A stretch of DNA of 64,000 bases, from positions 192,001 to 256,000 of the forward strand of contig CAWBZI010000002.1 of assembly GCA_963793265.1 (NCBI GenBank), in the 5' to 3' direction. The translations under genes were made by a program, and so were the position numbers. Below, one piece after another: positions 45,932 through 55,727 of the stretch. Below the pieces are notes generated by a model, which was not told where the DNA came from, made no database searches, and worked only from the letters and a program-made list of their open reading frames with translations. Each line of letters starts with the position of its first letter. The stretch's first letter is position 1. The stretch is from an uncultured cyanobacterium (GTDB taxonomy: Bacteria; Cyanobacteriota; Cyanobacteriia; Phormidesmidales; Phormidesmidaceae).

Positions 45932-47287
45932 TTATAACAGCTCTGCTGCTAACCGATTACACTTGCTCACTAGCTGCTGCAAATCTACCGTCACCAGTCG
46001 GCTTGTATCAACAACCTTTTTGCCATTAATAAAGCTATAGTCCACCGACGGCGGCTGACAAAAAACAAGCGCTGCAACAACATCATGATGGCTACCCGCC
46101 AGCGCAGGTGTGTCGATATTGAAGGTAATAAAATCAGCCGACATCCCCGGTGCCAAATAGCCAATATCGTCGCGTCCTAGCACTCGCGCGCCCCCTCGTG
46201 TGGCTACCTCCAAAGCCTCTCTAGCCGTCATTGCCGCCGCGCTGTTCTCTCTTACTCTTGCCATCAAAAAAGCCGTCCGTGCCTCTTGCAACAAGTTAGA
46301 AGCGTCGTTCGAGGCCGCGCCATCTACCCCTAACCCGACCGGCACGCCTGCATCTAGCATTTTGCGAACAGGCGCAATGCCACTCGCCAATCGCAGGTTA
46401 CTACAGGGACAGTGAGCTACGCCCGTTCCGGTTGTCGCAAACTTACCAATCGCATCGTCACTCAGCCGGACGCAGTGGGCGTGCCATACATCTTCGCCTA
46501 GCCAGCCTAAAGATTCTGCATAGTCGCCTGGGCTCATGCCAAACTTTTCTAGGCTATATTCAACGTCGCTAATGTTCTCGGCTAGATGCGTATGTAGCCT
46601 TACGCCCGGATAAGCGCGAGCCATTTTCGCGGACTCTCGCATTAAAGCTTGCGACACGCTAAATGGTGAGCAGGGCGCGAGTACCATTCGCGTCATCGCG
46701 TGGCGATCGCAATCATGATACTGCTCAATCAGCCGCTGCGAATCTTTCAAAATATCGGCCTCTGTTTCCACTAAAGCATCCGGCGGCAGTCCGCCCTGGC
46801 TTTCCCCTACGCTCATGCTGCCTCGGCTCGCATGAAACCGGATGCCAATATCTTGCGCCGCTCTAATCTCATCATCGAGCGTGCAGTCATTCGGAAATAG
46901 ATAGAGGTGATCGCTAGCCGTTGTGCAGCCCGAAAGCATCAGCTCAGCCGCCGCCATTTGTGTGCTGGCATAGATTCCCTCGCTCGTCAGCTTCGACCAG
47001 ATGGGGTAGAGCGCCTGTAGCCAGCCGAAAAGATCGCAATTTTGGGCGGCGGGAACAGCGCGTGTGAGGGTTTGAAAAAAATGATGATGGGTGTTTACAA
47101 GGCCCGGTAGGACAACGTGACGACCTTGAAGATCGAGAACTTCGTCGGCAGTGGTGGGGAGTTCGTCGGTAGTGCCGATTTGCGCGATCGCCCGATCCCG
47201 CACAAAAATCCCGCCGCCCGCAATCTCTCTTCTCTCCTCATCCATTGTCACCAGCGTGTGAGCGTTCTTAACCAGCAGCGTGCTCAC
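45932..47287 (-). CDS. 8-oxoguanine deaminase / AtzB-like amidohydrolase
   Basis: PGLVNTHHHFFQ; PCSPF; HTHLAE; HCPCSN; GVDGAASND. Confidence 0.87.
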   Translation of the reverse strand: MSTLLVKNAHTLVTMDEERREIAGGGIFVRDRAIAQIGTTDELPTTADEVLDLQGRHVVLPGLVNTHHHFFQTLTRAVPAAQNCDLFGWLQALYPIWSKLTSEGIYASTQMAAAELMLSGCTTASDHLYLFPNDCTLDDEIRAAQDIGIRFHASRGSMSVGESQGGLPPDALVETEADILKDSQRLIEQYHDCDRHAMTRMVLAPCSPFSVSQALMRESAKMARAYPGVRLHTHLAENISDVEYSLEKFGMSPGDYAESLGWLGEDVWHAHCVRLSDDAIGKFATTGTGVAHCPCSNLRLASGIAPVRKMLDAGVPVGLGVDGAASNDASNLLQEARTAFLMARVRENSAAAMTAREALEVATRGGARVLGRDDIGYLAPGMSADFITFNIDTPALAGSHHDVVAALVFCQPPSVDYSFINGKKVVDTSRLVTVDLQQLVSKCNRLAAELL

Positions 47288-48699
47288 AAGACTCTACCCG
47301 AAGCCGAGCGGCTCAAAAATTTACCCATTCCCGATCGCCCTAGCCACTGCTCACCGTCTACAATCAGCTCGCCTCTCAAAAACACCTTCTCCACTTTCCC
47401 AGTCACGCTACGCCCTTCAAATAGAGAATAGTCCACATTAGAATGATGCGTACTTGCGCTTAACGTATGCTGTTTATCCGGGTCAAACAGCACAATATCA
47501 GCATCGCTACCGACTGCAATTGTTCCTTTTTGCGGAAAAATCCCGAACATTTTAGCAGGCGCTGTTGCCGTGAGCTGAACAAAGCGGTTCAGCTTAATTC
47601 GATTCGCTCTCACACCACCTTCATACAGCAGTTCTAAGCGCAGCTCTACGCCAGGAGCACCGTTTGGAATCTTAGAAAAATCGTCTTTGCCATACTGTTT
47701 GGACTTCAGCAGGCCGAGCGGATTTTCATTCATGCAAAAAGGGCAGTGATCTGTTGAAACAATTTGCAAGTCATCGAACCGCAGTCCACGCCAGAGTTCA
47801 TGCTGACAGTGATGCTCGCGCAAGGGCGGCGTCATTACATACTTTGCGCTCTCAAAGCCGGAATGCTCGTATTCTGACTTGTCTAAAAAGAGATAGTGCG
47901 GGCAGGTTTCAGCAAACGCTGGAATGCCGCGATCGCGCGCCTCTACCACTGCCTCCAACGCCTCGGGAGCCGAAAGATGAACAATATAAACCGGCACCTC
48001 TGCTAGCTCTGCAATCCGAATAACCCGGTGTGTCGCCTCTCCCTCCATCAGCCGAGGCCGCGTCATCTGGTGAAACTTAGGCGACGTATTCCCGGCAGCA
48101 AGCGCCTCCTCAATTAGCGCCTCAATTACCACCCCATTCTCAGCGTGCATATTCACCATGCCGCCATGATCGCCCACCTTGCGCATCACCCGATAGATAT
48201 CAGCGTCATTTACCATCAGCGTATCGGGATACGCCATGTAAAGCTTAAAGCTAGAAATCCCTTCGGTATTAATCAGATCGGGTAGCTCAGCTAGCGCATC
48301 AGGTGTAACATCGGTCAGAATTACATGAAAGCCATAGTCTACGCAGCACTGAGGCTCCGCCGCAGCCAGGCGACGATCCAACGCTTTTTTGGGACTTTCC
48401 CCTTTGAACTGCTGGGCAAAGTCAATGATAGTCGTGGTGCCACCAAAGGCCGCTGAGCGCGTGCCGCTTTCAAACGAGTCGCAGGTTTCCACGCCGTTGC
48501 CCATCGGCGTTTCCATATGCACATGCACGTCCACACCGCCCGGCATCACCAGCAGTCCGCTAGCATCATGCACTTCAGCATCTTCAACAGATAGGCTGCG
48601 CCCAATCGCCTCTATCTTGCCATTTTCGATCAAAATATCTGCGTGGTAGTCATCAACAGCCGTTACCACATGGCCGTTCTTAATAAGCGTTTTGGTCAT
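47284..48699 (-). CDS. hydA: Dihydropyrimidinase / hydantoinase
   Basis: PGGVDVHVH; SFKLYMAY; HAENG; ETCPHY; TDHCPF; IPNG. Confidence 0.92.
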   Translation of the reverse strand: MTKTLIKNGHVVTAVDDYHADILIENGKIEAIGRSLSVEDAEVHDASGLLVMPGGVDVHVHMETPMGNGVETCDSFESGTRSAAFGGTTTIIDFAQQFKGESPKKALDRRLAAAEPQCCVDYGFHVILTDVTPDALAELPDLINTEGISSFKLYMAYPDTLMVNDADIYRVMRKVGDHGGMVNMHAENGVVIEALIEEALAAGNTSPKFHQMTRPRLMEGEATHRVIRIAELAEVPVYIVHLSAPEALEAVVEARDRGIPAFAETCPHYLFLDKSEYEHSGFESAKYVMTPPLREHHCQHELWRGLRFDDLQIVSTDHCPFCMNENPLGLLKSKQYGKDDFSKIPNGAPGVELRLELLYEGGVRANRIKLNRFVQLTATAPAKMFGIFPQKGTIAVGSDADIVLFDPDKQHTLSASTHHSNVDYSLFEGRSVTGKVEKVFLRGELIVDGEQWLGRSGMGKFLSRSASGRVL

Positions 48700-49088
48700 G
48701 ATGCTGCCTGCGCCTTGTAAGCTGCCCAGCCGCCAATATCTGAAATATCGGGCCAATTGCCTTCGTCAATAAGCTGCTTAGGATAGAGCATCGCGATCGC
48801 CTTCTCCCCATTTTTCAAATTCACTTCTTCAGGATACATATCTGGCGGCTCTGTTGAAACCAAATACTCATACTGTTCAGCCGTCAGCTCATACACCTCT
48901 CCTGGAATTGAGATACCGTTCTCTTTAACTTCGTAAATGCCAGGATGCCAGCCATCTTTAACCGCATGTAGCCGGTAGTTAGGTGCAGTTTGCGCGGTGC
49001 CAATGAATGTTGCAGACTGAAGATTTTGATGATCGGGCTGTCCTTTTAACGCAGAACCGCAGATAAACACACGTTGATTAGAAGACAT
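48696..49088 (-). CDS. Stand-alone allophanate hydrolase C-terminal-like (GGCT-fold) protein
   Basis: ICGSALKGQP; TAPNYRL; PG; SIPGEVYEL; DISDIGGWAAY; ATGA overlap with hydA. Confidence 0.75.
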   Translation of the reverse strand: MSSNQRVFICGSALKGQPDHQNLQSATFIGTAQTAPNYRLHAVKDGWHPGIYEVKENGISIPGEVYELTAEQYEYLVSTEPPDMYPEEVNLKNGEKAIAMLYPKQLIDEGNWPDISDIGGWAAYKAQAAS

Positions 49089-49229
49089 CTTGTTCAAAGT
49101 TAAATTAACGACACTAAACAGAGCCTTTAATAGATAATAGAGAGATCTCGCACCAAAAAAGTGTTAAATAATCTCAAGTAATCTCAGCTTAGGTTTAGAT
49201 AGATTTGATACAGATTAGCGCTGCGCGCC

Positions 49230-49239
49230 TTGTATACAA
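49230..49239. promoter_or_regulatory. TTGTATACAA operator (site 3), overlapping a TACAAT -10
   Basis: In the divergent promoter between the hydA operon and the ABC transporter. Confidence 0.65.
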
Positions 49240-49283
49240 TACAGCTATCTTCGCGATCCGAAACGTCATTGAGAGCTGTCAGT

Positions 49284-50498
49284 ATGAAAACTCAATCTTT
49301 AGAAGTAGACGCTTCAAAGGAATTGAAGTCAGGGACTTTGTCCGATAGCCTGACTGTCAATGTACCCGGCGATCTACGGCCCGAAGCGGCAGGCGTTTCT
49401 CTACGTTCGGTCACGAAACGCTATGGCCCCGTCACCGCTATTAAGAACATTAGTTTAGATATTCCGGCGGGTTCTTACTGCTGCCTGCTAGGGCCTAGCG
49501 GCTGTGGTAAAACAACGGCGCTGCGCATCATAGCAGGGCATGAGGACGTGAGCGAAGGTGAGGTGCTGATTGGCAATCGATCTGTTAACCATCTGCCGCC
49601 TGCGAAGCGAAACACGGCCATGATGTTTCAAAACTACGCGCTGTTTCCGCATAAAACCGTTTGGCAGAATGTAGAGTTTGGCCTGAAAATGAACAAGGTT
49701 AAAGCGGCTGAGCGGCGGCAGCGAGTCGGGGAGATTTTGGAGCTAGTGGGCCTTGGCCATACTGCCGATAGACGCCCAGATGCTTTGAGTGGCGGACAGC
49801 AGCAGCGAATTGCGCTGGCTAGGGCCTTGGTAACTCGCCCGCAAGTGCTCATGCTCGATGAGCCTTTGAGCGCGCTAGATGAAAATCTCAGGGTGCGAAT
49901 GAGAGGAGAGCTGCGAAAAATTCAAAAGCAGTTTGGCCTGACCTTTATTCAGGTGACTCACCATGTAGAAGAAGCCTTTTCACTATCTGATCAAATTGTG
50001 GTGATGAGTGATGGCCATATAGAACAGGTCGCCTCGCCTGAAGATCTATTTAATGCGCCTGCTTCTCAATTTGTTGCAAAATTTATCGGTGACAACAACA
50101 TCTTTGAAGGTAGCATTGTCAATGCCGCGCCTGATGTAGATGGCAAGGATCTTATAGAGCTGTCTGTTGAGGGGATAGGTTCTTTGTTTTGCAAGGGCGT
50201 TGCACCTGCTATGGGTGCGATCGCTGCCTGTTCTGTTCGCCCCGATTTGATCTCTTTAGAGCCGTTTTCTGATACGTCTGCTATGCCCCCGAACCCAAAG
50301 GCAAACCACATCGTAGCGCGCATCGCTGACGTTGAGCTAACGGGCTATGTCACGCGCGTTTTACTGCTACAGGAGGCGACCGAAAAGACGCTTCTATACA
50401 ACGTGAAAACAACTGAATGGGCGGCTATGGGCCTTACTGAAGGTCAGGCTGTTGCCGTCCGATGGTCTGCTCAAGACTGCGTTTTCCTGCCTTATTAG
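49284..50498 (+). CDS. ABC transporter ATP-binding protein (PotA-like)
   Basis: GPSGCGKT; LSGGQQQR; LDEP; TOBE tail. Confidence 0.93.
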   Translation: MKTQSLEVDASKELKSGTLSDSLTVNVPGDLRPEAAGVSLRSVTKRYGPVTAIKNISLDIPAGSYCCLLGPSGCGKTTALRIIAGHEDVSEGEVLIGNRSVNHLPPAKRNTAMMFQNYALFPHKTVWQNVEFGLKMNKVKAAERRQRVGEILELVGLGHTADRRPDALSGGQQQRIALARALVTRPQVLMLDEPLSALDENLRVRMRGELRKIQKQFGLTFIQVTHHVEEAFSLSDQIVVMSDGHIEQVASPEDLFNAPASQFVAKFIGDNNIFEGSIVNAAPDVDGKDLIELSVEGIGSLFCKGVAPAMGAIAACSVRPDLISLEPFSDTSAMPPNPKANHIVARIADVELTGYVTRVLLLQEATEKTLLYNVKTTEWAAMGLTEGQAVAVRWSAQDCVFLPY

Positions 50499-50592
50499 CC
50501 GGGTTCGGCTCGGCTTTAGTGGTGTGCGATCGCTCCCCTATCAAAATCTTTTCTACTGTTTTCTACTGCCCCTAACACCTGCTTTCAACAAC

Positions 50593-51909
50593 ATGTCTAG
50601 AATTACCCGTCGTCGTCTGATTCAAACTGGTTTGGCTGCAAGCGCCGCGCTGGCGACTGCTCGCTGCGGTGGCAACAATGAAGCGCCGCTGGGCACTCCT
50701 AACAACCCAGATACCTCGCCTGAACTGAACGCCAACGCGATTAAAGATGTCACACTTCGCTTTATTGGCACCGGGGTGGCGCAGATCAACGACATCCGTG
50801 ACAAAGCTCAAGAAGATCTGGGCTTTAAGATCGACCTGAGAGCGCTCGGCACAGACGAAAACAATCAAATCGCCATCACGCAGCCCAAGCAGTACGACAT
50901 GTTTGACGGGGAGTACTTTAGCCTACCGCTAGTGGTTCCTTCGGGTAACTTGCAGCCTATCGACGTGAAGCGGATAGAAAGATTCGATCAGATTGTGCCG
51001 ATTTTCACCACCGGTCAGTTTGAAGGTCTGCCTGTAGAAAATGCTCAGGGGACTTCTCCTATTAAGGTGATGTATCTAAAGGGCCAAGACTCAAAGGAGT
51101 TCTCAGATACACCGACAGACTGGGCCACGATGATTCCGTTTCAATACAACGCCGATACCTTAGGCTACCGTCCAGATTTGGTAGGGCGCACAATAGAGAG
51201 CTGGGCTGAACTGTTCGATCCGGCCTTCAAGGGTAAAACCTCTATTCTCGATATTCCTTCTATTGGCATTATGGATGCTGCTATGGTCGCAGAAGCTGCC
51301 GGGCTGATGACCTTTGCCGATAAAGGAAATATGACCAGAGCTGAGATCGATCAGATCACAGAGATTTTAAAGCAGAAAAAGCAAGAAGGTCAGTTTAGAG
51401 CCTTTTGGAAAACGTTTGATGAGTCAGTAAACCTGATGTCGTCGGGTGAAGTTGTTTTGCAGTCTATGTGGTCGCCAGCCGTCACCGCTGTGAAGTCACA
51501 GGGACTTGAATGTGTGTACGGGCCGCTAAAGGAGGGCTATCGTGCCTGGGGCGGCGGTATTGGACTCTCTCGTAATTTGACAGGGCCTGCGCTCGATGCT
51601 GCCTACGCCTACATGAACTGGATGTTAGATGGCTGGATGGGCGCTTTTTTAGGGCGTCAGGGCTATTACAGTGCGGTGCTGGACACGACAAAAAAAACGA
51701 TGACGCCGGAGGAATGGGCGTTTTGGTACGAGGGCGAACCGGCGGCGGTCGATATGGTCGATCCGTTTGGAAAGACCTTAGAAAAGGCTGGTGCAGTGCG
51801 CGATGGCGGCTCGTTTGAAGAGCGGATGGGCAATGTTGTTGTTTGGAACTCGACGATGGATGAACAGGTGTATTTGGTGCAGAAGTGGAATGAATTTATT
51901 GCGGCTTAA
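50593..51909 (+). CDS. ABC substrate-binding lipoprotein with Tat signal (PotD-like fold)
   Basis: MSRITRRRLIQ..ARC; YNADTLG; IGIMDAAM; QSMWSP. Confidence 0.88.
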   Translation: MSRITRRRLIQTGLAASAALATARCGGNNEAPLGTPNNPDTSPELNANAIKDVTLRFIGTGVAQINDIRDKAQEDLGFKIDLRALGTDENNQIAITQPKQYDMFDGEYFSLPLVVPSGNLQPIDVKRIERFDQIVPIFTTGQFEGLPVENAQGTSPIKVMYLKGQDSKEFSDTPTDWATMIPFQYNADTLGYRPDLVGRTIESWAELFDPAFKGKTSILDIPSIGIMDAAMVAEAAGLMTFADKGNMTRAEIDQITEILKQKKQEGQFRAFWKTFDESVNLMSSGEVVLQSMWSPAVTAVKSQGLECVYGPLKEGYRAWGGGIGLSRNLTGPALDAAYAYMNWMLDGWMGAFLGRQGYYSAVLDTTKKTMTPEEWAFWYEGEPAAVDMVDPFGKTLEKAGAVRDGGSFEERMGNVVVWNSTMDEQVYLVQKWNEFIAA

Positions 51910-51912
51910 ATC

Positions 51913-52776
51913 ATGCAAAATAATCTCCGCTGGAGGGCGCTTCAGCCTTACCTGCTCGCAGCGCCCCAAACGCTTATCTTCTTAGCCTTTTTGGTTTTTC
52001 CCATCGCCATGATTTTTGTCGTGAGTTTTTGGCAGTTCACCGGCTATTCGATGACGCCTGCTTTTAGCTTCGATAATTACATCGGCATTTTTCAGTCTCA
52101 GGTCACACTATCGACCTATCTCAATACGCTTAAGTTTGTGGCGCTCGTTTGGGCCTTTTGTTTAGCGATCGCCTTCCCCGTCTCCTACTTCCTCGCCTTT
52201 AGTATCGAGCGCGAAAGCCTCCGCATTCTCCTCTTCCTCCTCTGCACCATCCCCTTTTGGACATCCAACATCATCCGCATGATTTCCTGGATTCCGCTGC
52301 TCGGCAGAGAAGGTTTAGTGAACCAAGCGCTTTTAGGTTTGGGCTTGATCAACAGCCCGGTAGAGTGGCTGCTGTACTCCGACTTTGCCATCGTGCTAGG
52401 CATGGTGCATCTCTACTGCTTTTTTATGATTGCCCCTGTGTTCAACAGCATGATGCGTATTGATCGCACGCTAATCACCGCCGCAAAAGACATGGGCGCA
52501 TCGAGCTTTAACGTACTCAAAGAGATTATTCTGCCGCTGAGCGCGCCGGGCATTGCCATCGGCTCTATTTTTGTGGTGACACTTACCATGGGAGAGTTTG
52601 TCACCGTGCGGCTCATGGGCGGCGGGCAGTCCGCCTCTATTGGCAAGCTCATCAGTACCCAAATTGGCAGTCTGCAATATCCGCTGGCAGCGGCAAACGC
52701 CGTTATTTTGCTGATTGTAACACTGGTATTTGTGGTCGGAATTCTGCGCGTTGTCGATATCAGAAAGGAGCTGTAG
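51913..52776 (+). CDS. ABC permease (PotB-like)
   Basis: IPFWTS; EAA-like AAKDMGAS. Confidence 0.92.
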   Translation: MQNNLRWRALQPYLLAAPQTLIFLAFLVFPIAMIFVVSFWQFTGYSMTPAFSFDNYIGIFQSQVTLSTYLNTLKFVALVWAFCLAIAFPVSYFLAFSIERESLRILLFLLCTIPFWTSNIIRMISWIPLLGREGLVNQALLGLGLINSPVEWLLYSDFAIVLGMVHLYCFFMIAPVFNSMMRIDRTLITAAKDMGASSFNVLKEIILPLSAPGIAIGSIFVVTLTMGEFVTVRLMGGGQSASIGKLISTQIGSLQYPLAAANAVILLIVTLVFVVGILRVVDIRKEL

Positions 52777-52778
52777 GC

Positions 52779-53591
52779 ATGTCTAGAACTAAACGTCCGC
52801 TTTCTTTTTACTTGCTTGCTGCTTTCTTCGGCCTGTTTGTGCTGTTTCTATACGGCCCCATGCTTGCTATTTTCACGCTCTCCTTGCAAGGCTCCGATGG
52901 TGCGCTTACCTTCCCGCTGCGTAGCTTTGGTTTTTATTGGCTTGGCCAGGTGTTCCAAGAGCAACGTGTCGGCAGCTTTACCGAGTCTTTTGTCCGCTCT
53001 TTTGGCTTAGGTCTTCTGGTTGTTGCCATCGCCATTGTCGTGAGCGTGATGGCCAGCATGGCCTTTCGTAGCCGCTTTTCAGGGGCCAGATCGCTCTTTT
53101 ATCTCACCATCTCTAGCCTAGTTGTCCCCGGCGTTTTAATCTCGCTAGGCATCGGCATCACCTTTCAAGTACTAGGCATTCAAACTAACTGGTATTCTTC
53201 TGGTCTAGGCGCGCACCTCACCTGGACAGTGCCCTTTGCCTTTTTAATTATGCTGGGCGTTTTCAATCGTTTTAATCCATTCTATGAAGAAGCTGCCAGG
53301 GATTTAGGCGCAGGCGATATCGCTACTTTTAGAGAGATTGTGCTGCCGTTGATTGCACCGAGTCTGATTGGCATTGCGCTACTAAGCTTTACGCTCTCGT
53401 ACGATGAATTCATTCGGACATCGCTAGTGTCTGGGCAAAACAACACGCTGCCGCTAGAGATTTTTGGTATGACGACCAACGTCACCTCGCCTGCACTCTA
53501 CGCATTAGGGACGCTCACGACGCTGTTCTCAGTGACAATGATTGCGATCGCCTTTTTCTCCTATAGGTTTCTCTCCAAGACTTCGCCATAG
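52779..53591 (+). CDS. ABC permease (PotC-like)
   Basis: FLYGP; EEAARDLGA; SYDEF; TLPL. Confidence 0.92.
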   Translation: MSRTKRPLSFYLLAAFFGLFVLFLYGPMLAIFTLSLQGSDGALTFPLRSFGFYWLGQVFQEQRVGSFTESFVRSFGLGLLVVAIAIVVSVMASMAFRSRFSGARSLFYLTISSLVVPGVLISLGIGITFQVLGIQTNWYSSGLGAHLTWTVPFAFLIMLGVFNRFNPFYEEAARDLGAGDIATFREIVLPLIAPSLIGIALLSFTLSYDEFIRTSLVSGQNNTLPLEIFGMTTNVTSPALYALGTLTTLFSVTMIAIAFFSYRFLSKTSP

Positions 53592-53599
53592 ATTTACGG

Positions 53600-53841
53600 T
53601 ACTCTATGTGCTTTTTAAAGAGGGCAAATCGCAAAGATTAAGCTGTCAACTGGGCACGATCATTTCGGTAGTTTCGCAGCGCGTAGCCTCAGCCTTCGAC
53701 GAGTCGACCCTGGGTTTTAGCAGATTCAAAAAGTTTCTTCAGAGCGCACCCAAAACAGTTACTTTGTATGAAGTGAATAATATTTGGCACGCAAAAGCAT
53801 ACGCTGCGACAGGCAAGAATAGTCAAAAATTAAATAAATAG
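53600..53841 (+). pseudogene. OST-HTH/LOTUS-like domain fragment
   Basis: QLG....AFDESTLGFSRFKKFL pattern; no credible start. Confidence 0.45.
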
Positions 53842-53876
53842 CTAAGATCGTTTGGAGGCTAAGCTTAGAAACGAAC

Positions 53877-54668
53877 ATGGCTTTATTGACCCCCCCGTTT
53901 GAACTGACTGACCTGGCAGAGGCAGACACCGCTCAGCTAAAGTCTAGCTTGCTAAAACAGGTAGAAGCTCGGGAGACAGAGCCGATGCCTAAAAAAGTCC
54001 GATTTGCTAACGAGACTTTGATGCCCCTGTTCAACGAGCTAGCAAGCCGTAATCCTACGCCTGAGCTAAGTCAGCAAATTCCGCTACTAAAAGGCATTTG
54101 GTTTCCGGTTTGGTCTACTAACCCTTTTCAAGACATTATACCAGGACGGGTATATCACGAGTCCTATCAAATATTTGATGAAAGCGGCTACTATGCCAAC
54201 CTAGCCCGCTACAAGCCGGGGCGAAAGACATGGCTTGTAAGCTGGCTCTCTCGTTGGCTGCTCAGCTACGATTTGATAATCATGCAGAGCTATTCTGTTC
54301 AGGCTCAAGGTGATAGCAACCCGGCTCAGCCTCTGGTACCCAAGCAGACTGAGCAGACATATTGGGACATTCAAAATGTCGCTATTCGGCAATCGCTGCG
54401 CTTTGGATCTATCGCTTTTAGCGCCGAAACAGCTCAAGCTTGGTTTGCTCAAGTCTTAGCCAAGTATCAAGAAACGGCTAAGGCTCAGCCGCAGACTTCT
54501 ACGCCAGCCCAGCAGACTCATCGCATTTCAACGAAACAATACCAACAGATAGCTAAAGCAAAACCTCAACTAGACAACCTATATATCGACTCAGACTTTC
54601 GTCTTGTCAAAACCCAGCGCGAGAAATCTCAGCGCCCTTCATATACCGTAGCAACGCGGTTGGGCTAA
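53877..54668 (+). CDS. Hypothetical protein, PAP/fibrillin-like
   Basis: L..RNPTP..LLKGIW..WST; LYIDSDFR. Confidence 0.55.
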   Translation: MALLTPPFELTDLAEADTAQLKSSLLKQVEARETEPMPKKVRFANETLMPLFNELASRNPTPELSQQIPLLKGIWFPVWSTNPFQDIIPGRVYHESYQIFDESGYYANLARYKPGRKTWLVSWLSRWLLSYDLIIMQSYSVQAQGDSNPAQPLVPKQTEQTYWDIQNVAIRQSLRFGSIAFSAETAQAWFAQVLAKYQETAKAQPQTSTPAQQTHRISTKQYQQIAKAKPQLDNLYIDSDFRLVKTQREKSQRPSYTVATRLG

Positions 54669-54732
54669 ACGGTTATAGTGCACAGCTTTGTTGTGTAGAG
54701 AAGCCATCCTAACAGGTCTTTGCATAGAACCT

Positions 54733-55293
54733 ATGAAAGAAAAAACAGAAAGAGAGAAAATGCTAGCAGGCGAACTGTATCTAGCCACAGATCCTGAATT
54801 AAGTGAGATGCACGCTAAGGCATCGGCGCTGCTTCACACCTTTAATACTTCGCATCCTAAAGATGTTGCCATGCAGAAACAAACAATCCGCCAGTTATTC
54901 GGTAGCATCGGCCAAACATTTAGCATCACGCCACCTTTCTATTGCGACTACGGCTGCCATATCTTTGCCGGAGAAAATCTGTATATCAACGCTGACTGCA
55001 CCATGTTGGATTGCGGTACGATACATATAGGAGACAATGTTTTAATCGCAACTAAGGTGCAGATCTATACGGCCACTCACCCCACAGATCCAACCATTCG
55101 ACTCACGGGTAAAGAGCTAGCCGCGCCGATTCGCATTGGCAACAACGCATGGATTGGTGGCGGGGTGATTATTTGCCCTGGGGTTTCAATTGGCGAGAAT
55201 ACTACGATCGGGGCGGGTAGTGTGGTGACAAAAGATATTCCAAGTAATGCGATCGCGGTAGGTAATCCCTGTCGAGTGATCAAATCAGTTTGA
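54733..55293 (+). CDS. maa: Maltose/sugar O-acetyltransferase
   Basis: EKMLAGELY; CDYG; hexapeptide repeats; VGNPCRVI. Confidence 0.92.
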   Translation: MKEKTEREKMLAGELYLATDPELSEMHAKASALLHTFNTSHPKDVAMQKQTIRQLFGSIGQTFSITPPFYCDYGCHIFAGENLYINADCTMLDCGTIHIGDNVLIATKVQIYTATHPTDPTIRLTGKELAAPIRIGNNAWIGGGVIICPGVSIGENTTIGAGSVVTKDIPSNAIAVGNPCRVIKSV

Positions 55294-55478
55294 TACTGTT
55301 TTTAGCGCTGTTGAAGCGTTCATATGTCTATTGACCTGGCTATACAAGTGCGTTTTGCTACTTGAGTGCTGAGCCGCTGACAGCGGAATTAATGGACTTA
55401 GCAGGTGCAGACGCTCTTCTTATACCGGGCGCTCAGTACTATTTACTTACTATCCTTTGGCGGATTGCTTTTAAGCTT

Positions 55479-55607
55479 CTAAAGAGAACGTTTTCTGCGC
55501 GATCGCTCGATATCTCGAACCATAGCTCGAACCGGCAGTCCCTTTTTCAGTAAGAGGCGTACGATCTCAGAGCCATTATTACCCGTTGCACCCGTTACAA
55601 GTATCAC
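55479..55607 (-). pseudogene. N-terminal relic of NmrA/SDR oxidoreductase
   Basis: GGAG RBS + GTG; VILVTGATGNNGSEIVRLL..VRAMVRD, then similarity ends. Confidence 0.78.
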
Positions 55608-55727
55608 AGCGCTATTCTCCTGTTTGTTATTGTTATTTTTTATTGTGTTGGCGTAGCTGTGCTTCAAAAGTACTATCTGATACACCGTATAGCATGATAC
55701 GATAGAACGCATGAACTAAGCGAAGCT

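Noticed and set aside
55362..55553. 63-aa ORF with an ADALLIPG motif (PfpI-like)
   Set aside because: Motif too short; no supporting start or domain
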